NCBI GenBank assembly: GCA_949358305.1
Contig: OX442314.1
Span: 13,082,001 to 13,146,000 of the forward strand
DNA from: Strigamia acuminata
Lineage: Eukaryota
Direction: 5' to 3'
DNA: 64,000 bases
Below the pieces are notes generated by a model that saw nothing but the letters and a program-made list of their open reading frames with translations, was not told where the DNA came from and ran no database searches. Each line of letters opens with the position of its first letter. Within the stretch, counting starts at the first letter, position 1. A program made the translations under genes and the position numbers. Below are positions 62,401 to 64,000 of this stretch, one piece after another.

Positions 62401-64000
62401 TTCGCGATTGACGTGTGTGTATGTTGCGGGCTAACCAAAATGAGAACCACTAGTATTTGTCTGACTCATTCGTCTTGCTAACGAGCTGTGTGTTGCAATC
62501 GATACGTGCCTATACAAAAAAAAAACTTTACGAGGAGAGCGAAAGCATTGAAAATGAAGGAAAAATCGACACGTGTTGATGGCACCAATTAAAGGCGCCT
62601 TCATACCACGTTCTTACCTCGATTTTTTTTATTTTTTAATTTATTTTTTTTATTTTTTACATCGTTCGATCGCATCGACTGGTTTAGCTAAACAGCTGTC
62701 TCGCATTAATAAGACGCTTTTTGCGCTCAATATGTAAATGAAAAGGATTCTTGCATAATGTTTTATGAAAAGATATTAAAAATGGCTAATCAAATTTTGC
62801 TTGCAAGTTTGCTAATCTTAAAGTTTAATGTTCAGCGTTAATTAGTAATTTTTTTCTTTCTCTTTTTCTTTTTTTGGAAATAAAAAGAAAAAAGTTTTTT
62901 TTTTTTTTTAAGTTTTCTTTTTTGCAGCGGAATAAATAGTGGAATGAAAACTAAATTATTTACGGTTGAGGAATTAAAAGTAAAGAGAAAATTCCACTCT
63001 TTTACTTTAAAATGTGATAAATATTTGTTTCTTTTGCATCGTAAGTCTTGAGGCATTAGGGAGTCGCTACAGACGCGCTCTAACCTTACCTGTACTTTGC
63101 TACTGCGTTCTTTCTCACACTCTCTTTTGTGGAGAACTTCAAAAGTTGTAATTTAATTATGTTGATTGCTTAACGCTGGCTGACTAATAAATGTATAATC
63201 AGGTTACGTAAGTCAATGGGGTTGTAAAGTCTTGCCCATTGGTTGCGCTATCAATTAAACACAAAGAAAAAAAAATAATTTAAAAATTTAAAAAAATGAT
63301 TGAATGGAATAAAATATTGGATGTGCAAAGTTGCCATTGACTGAATAGACACGTGGGTTTTCGTATTTATTTTTGTTAAAGTATTTTTTTTTGGCACAGA
63401 TTTGCATTTCCGTCCGTGCACTTCACTAACGAGGCGCACGGTCTTCATTCAACATGGAAGCAATTAGCTAGGAAAGGCTGACTTGTTTTCAATTAAAATT
63501 TAAGACATTTTTTTGGGAGGGTTTTTAAAAAATATTTCTTTTCTTTTGCCGTATGTCAAAATCAAATTTCCCAAAATCTAGAAACAAATAAAAATAAAAA
63601 TTTATTTCTCTGAAAAATTGAAGAAGAAGAAAAGACAAGACAATTCTGCACAGAACAAATAATAAATAAGATACAGAAATTGAATTAAAAGCAATTTTTT
63701 CCCCATTTATTTGAATTCCGGCGAGCAAATTCGAGCAATTGCTAGTTGTATAACGTACGATGTAGTTATTCGTTCCACTTACTTCTTCCTGCTCCGTCAG
63801 CGACTTAAGGGTATTTTCGTAACCGCAGGGAAACGGTGTGTCCCGATGGGAATTCGGTCTACATTTTTCTTCGTCGACCACATCCTTTGCTTTACCGTAG
63901 AGCAGTTGCAGCCAGACAGCCAGACGAGCGGCGGCAAACCAAGCAAAATCTCAAGTCGACCATCACTGCTCCCAAGTGCTGCTCCCTCGTGATCATCTCG

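Overview
AT-rich animal genomic DNA with mostly very short (about 55-75 nt) GT-AG introns; gene content and TAACC/TTAGG tracts suggest an arthropod (inference). Spliced gene models were built by hand and checked for phase. In order: an RDH11/12/13-like SDR (+), two tandem OPA3 paralogs (-), and a ~31 kb synaptotagmin-14/16-like gene (+) whose introns hold MITEs, two 5S-derived SINE copies and a decayed RING-finger cassette. Next is a cluster of six C11orf68/BLES03 (DUF1917, UPF0696) units: one pseudogene, one divergent gene on (-) and four units on (+) arranged as two duplicated A-B pairs. Then ataxin-3 (-), a NEK2-like gene (+), NDUFB1 preceded by a 57-codon ORF (-), a THAP/P-element transposase gene (+), a B3GAT/GlcAT-I glucuronosyltransferase (-), an intronless LRR gene split by a MITE plus a paralog remnant (-), and a 20-bp satellite. 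The most unusual signals are (1) the BLES03 expansion, where both (+) pairs can be read as two-domain fusions, one by a candidate 67-nt intron and the other by a 1-nt shift at an A6 run, and where the (-) copies carry LC8-type TQT motifs; (2) a full-length NEK2 homolog lacking the Gly loop, HRD and DFG motifs but keeping the PP1-binding KVHF, KEN box and coiled coils; (3) an apparently bicistronic small-ORF/NDUFB1 unit; (4) an intact P-transposase frame with the catalytic Glu replaced by Lys. Family assignments come from motif recognition only; no database search was run. The region 59.5-64 kb could not be assigned.
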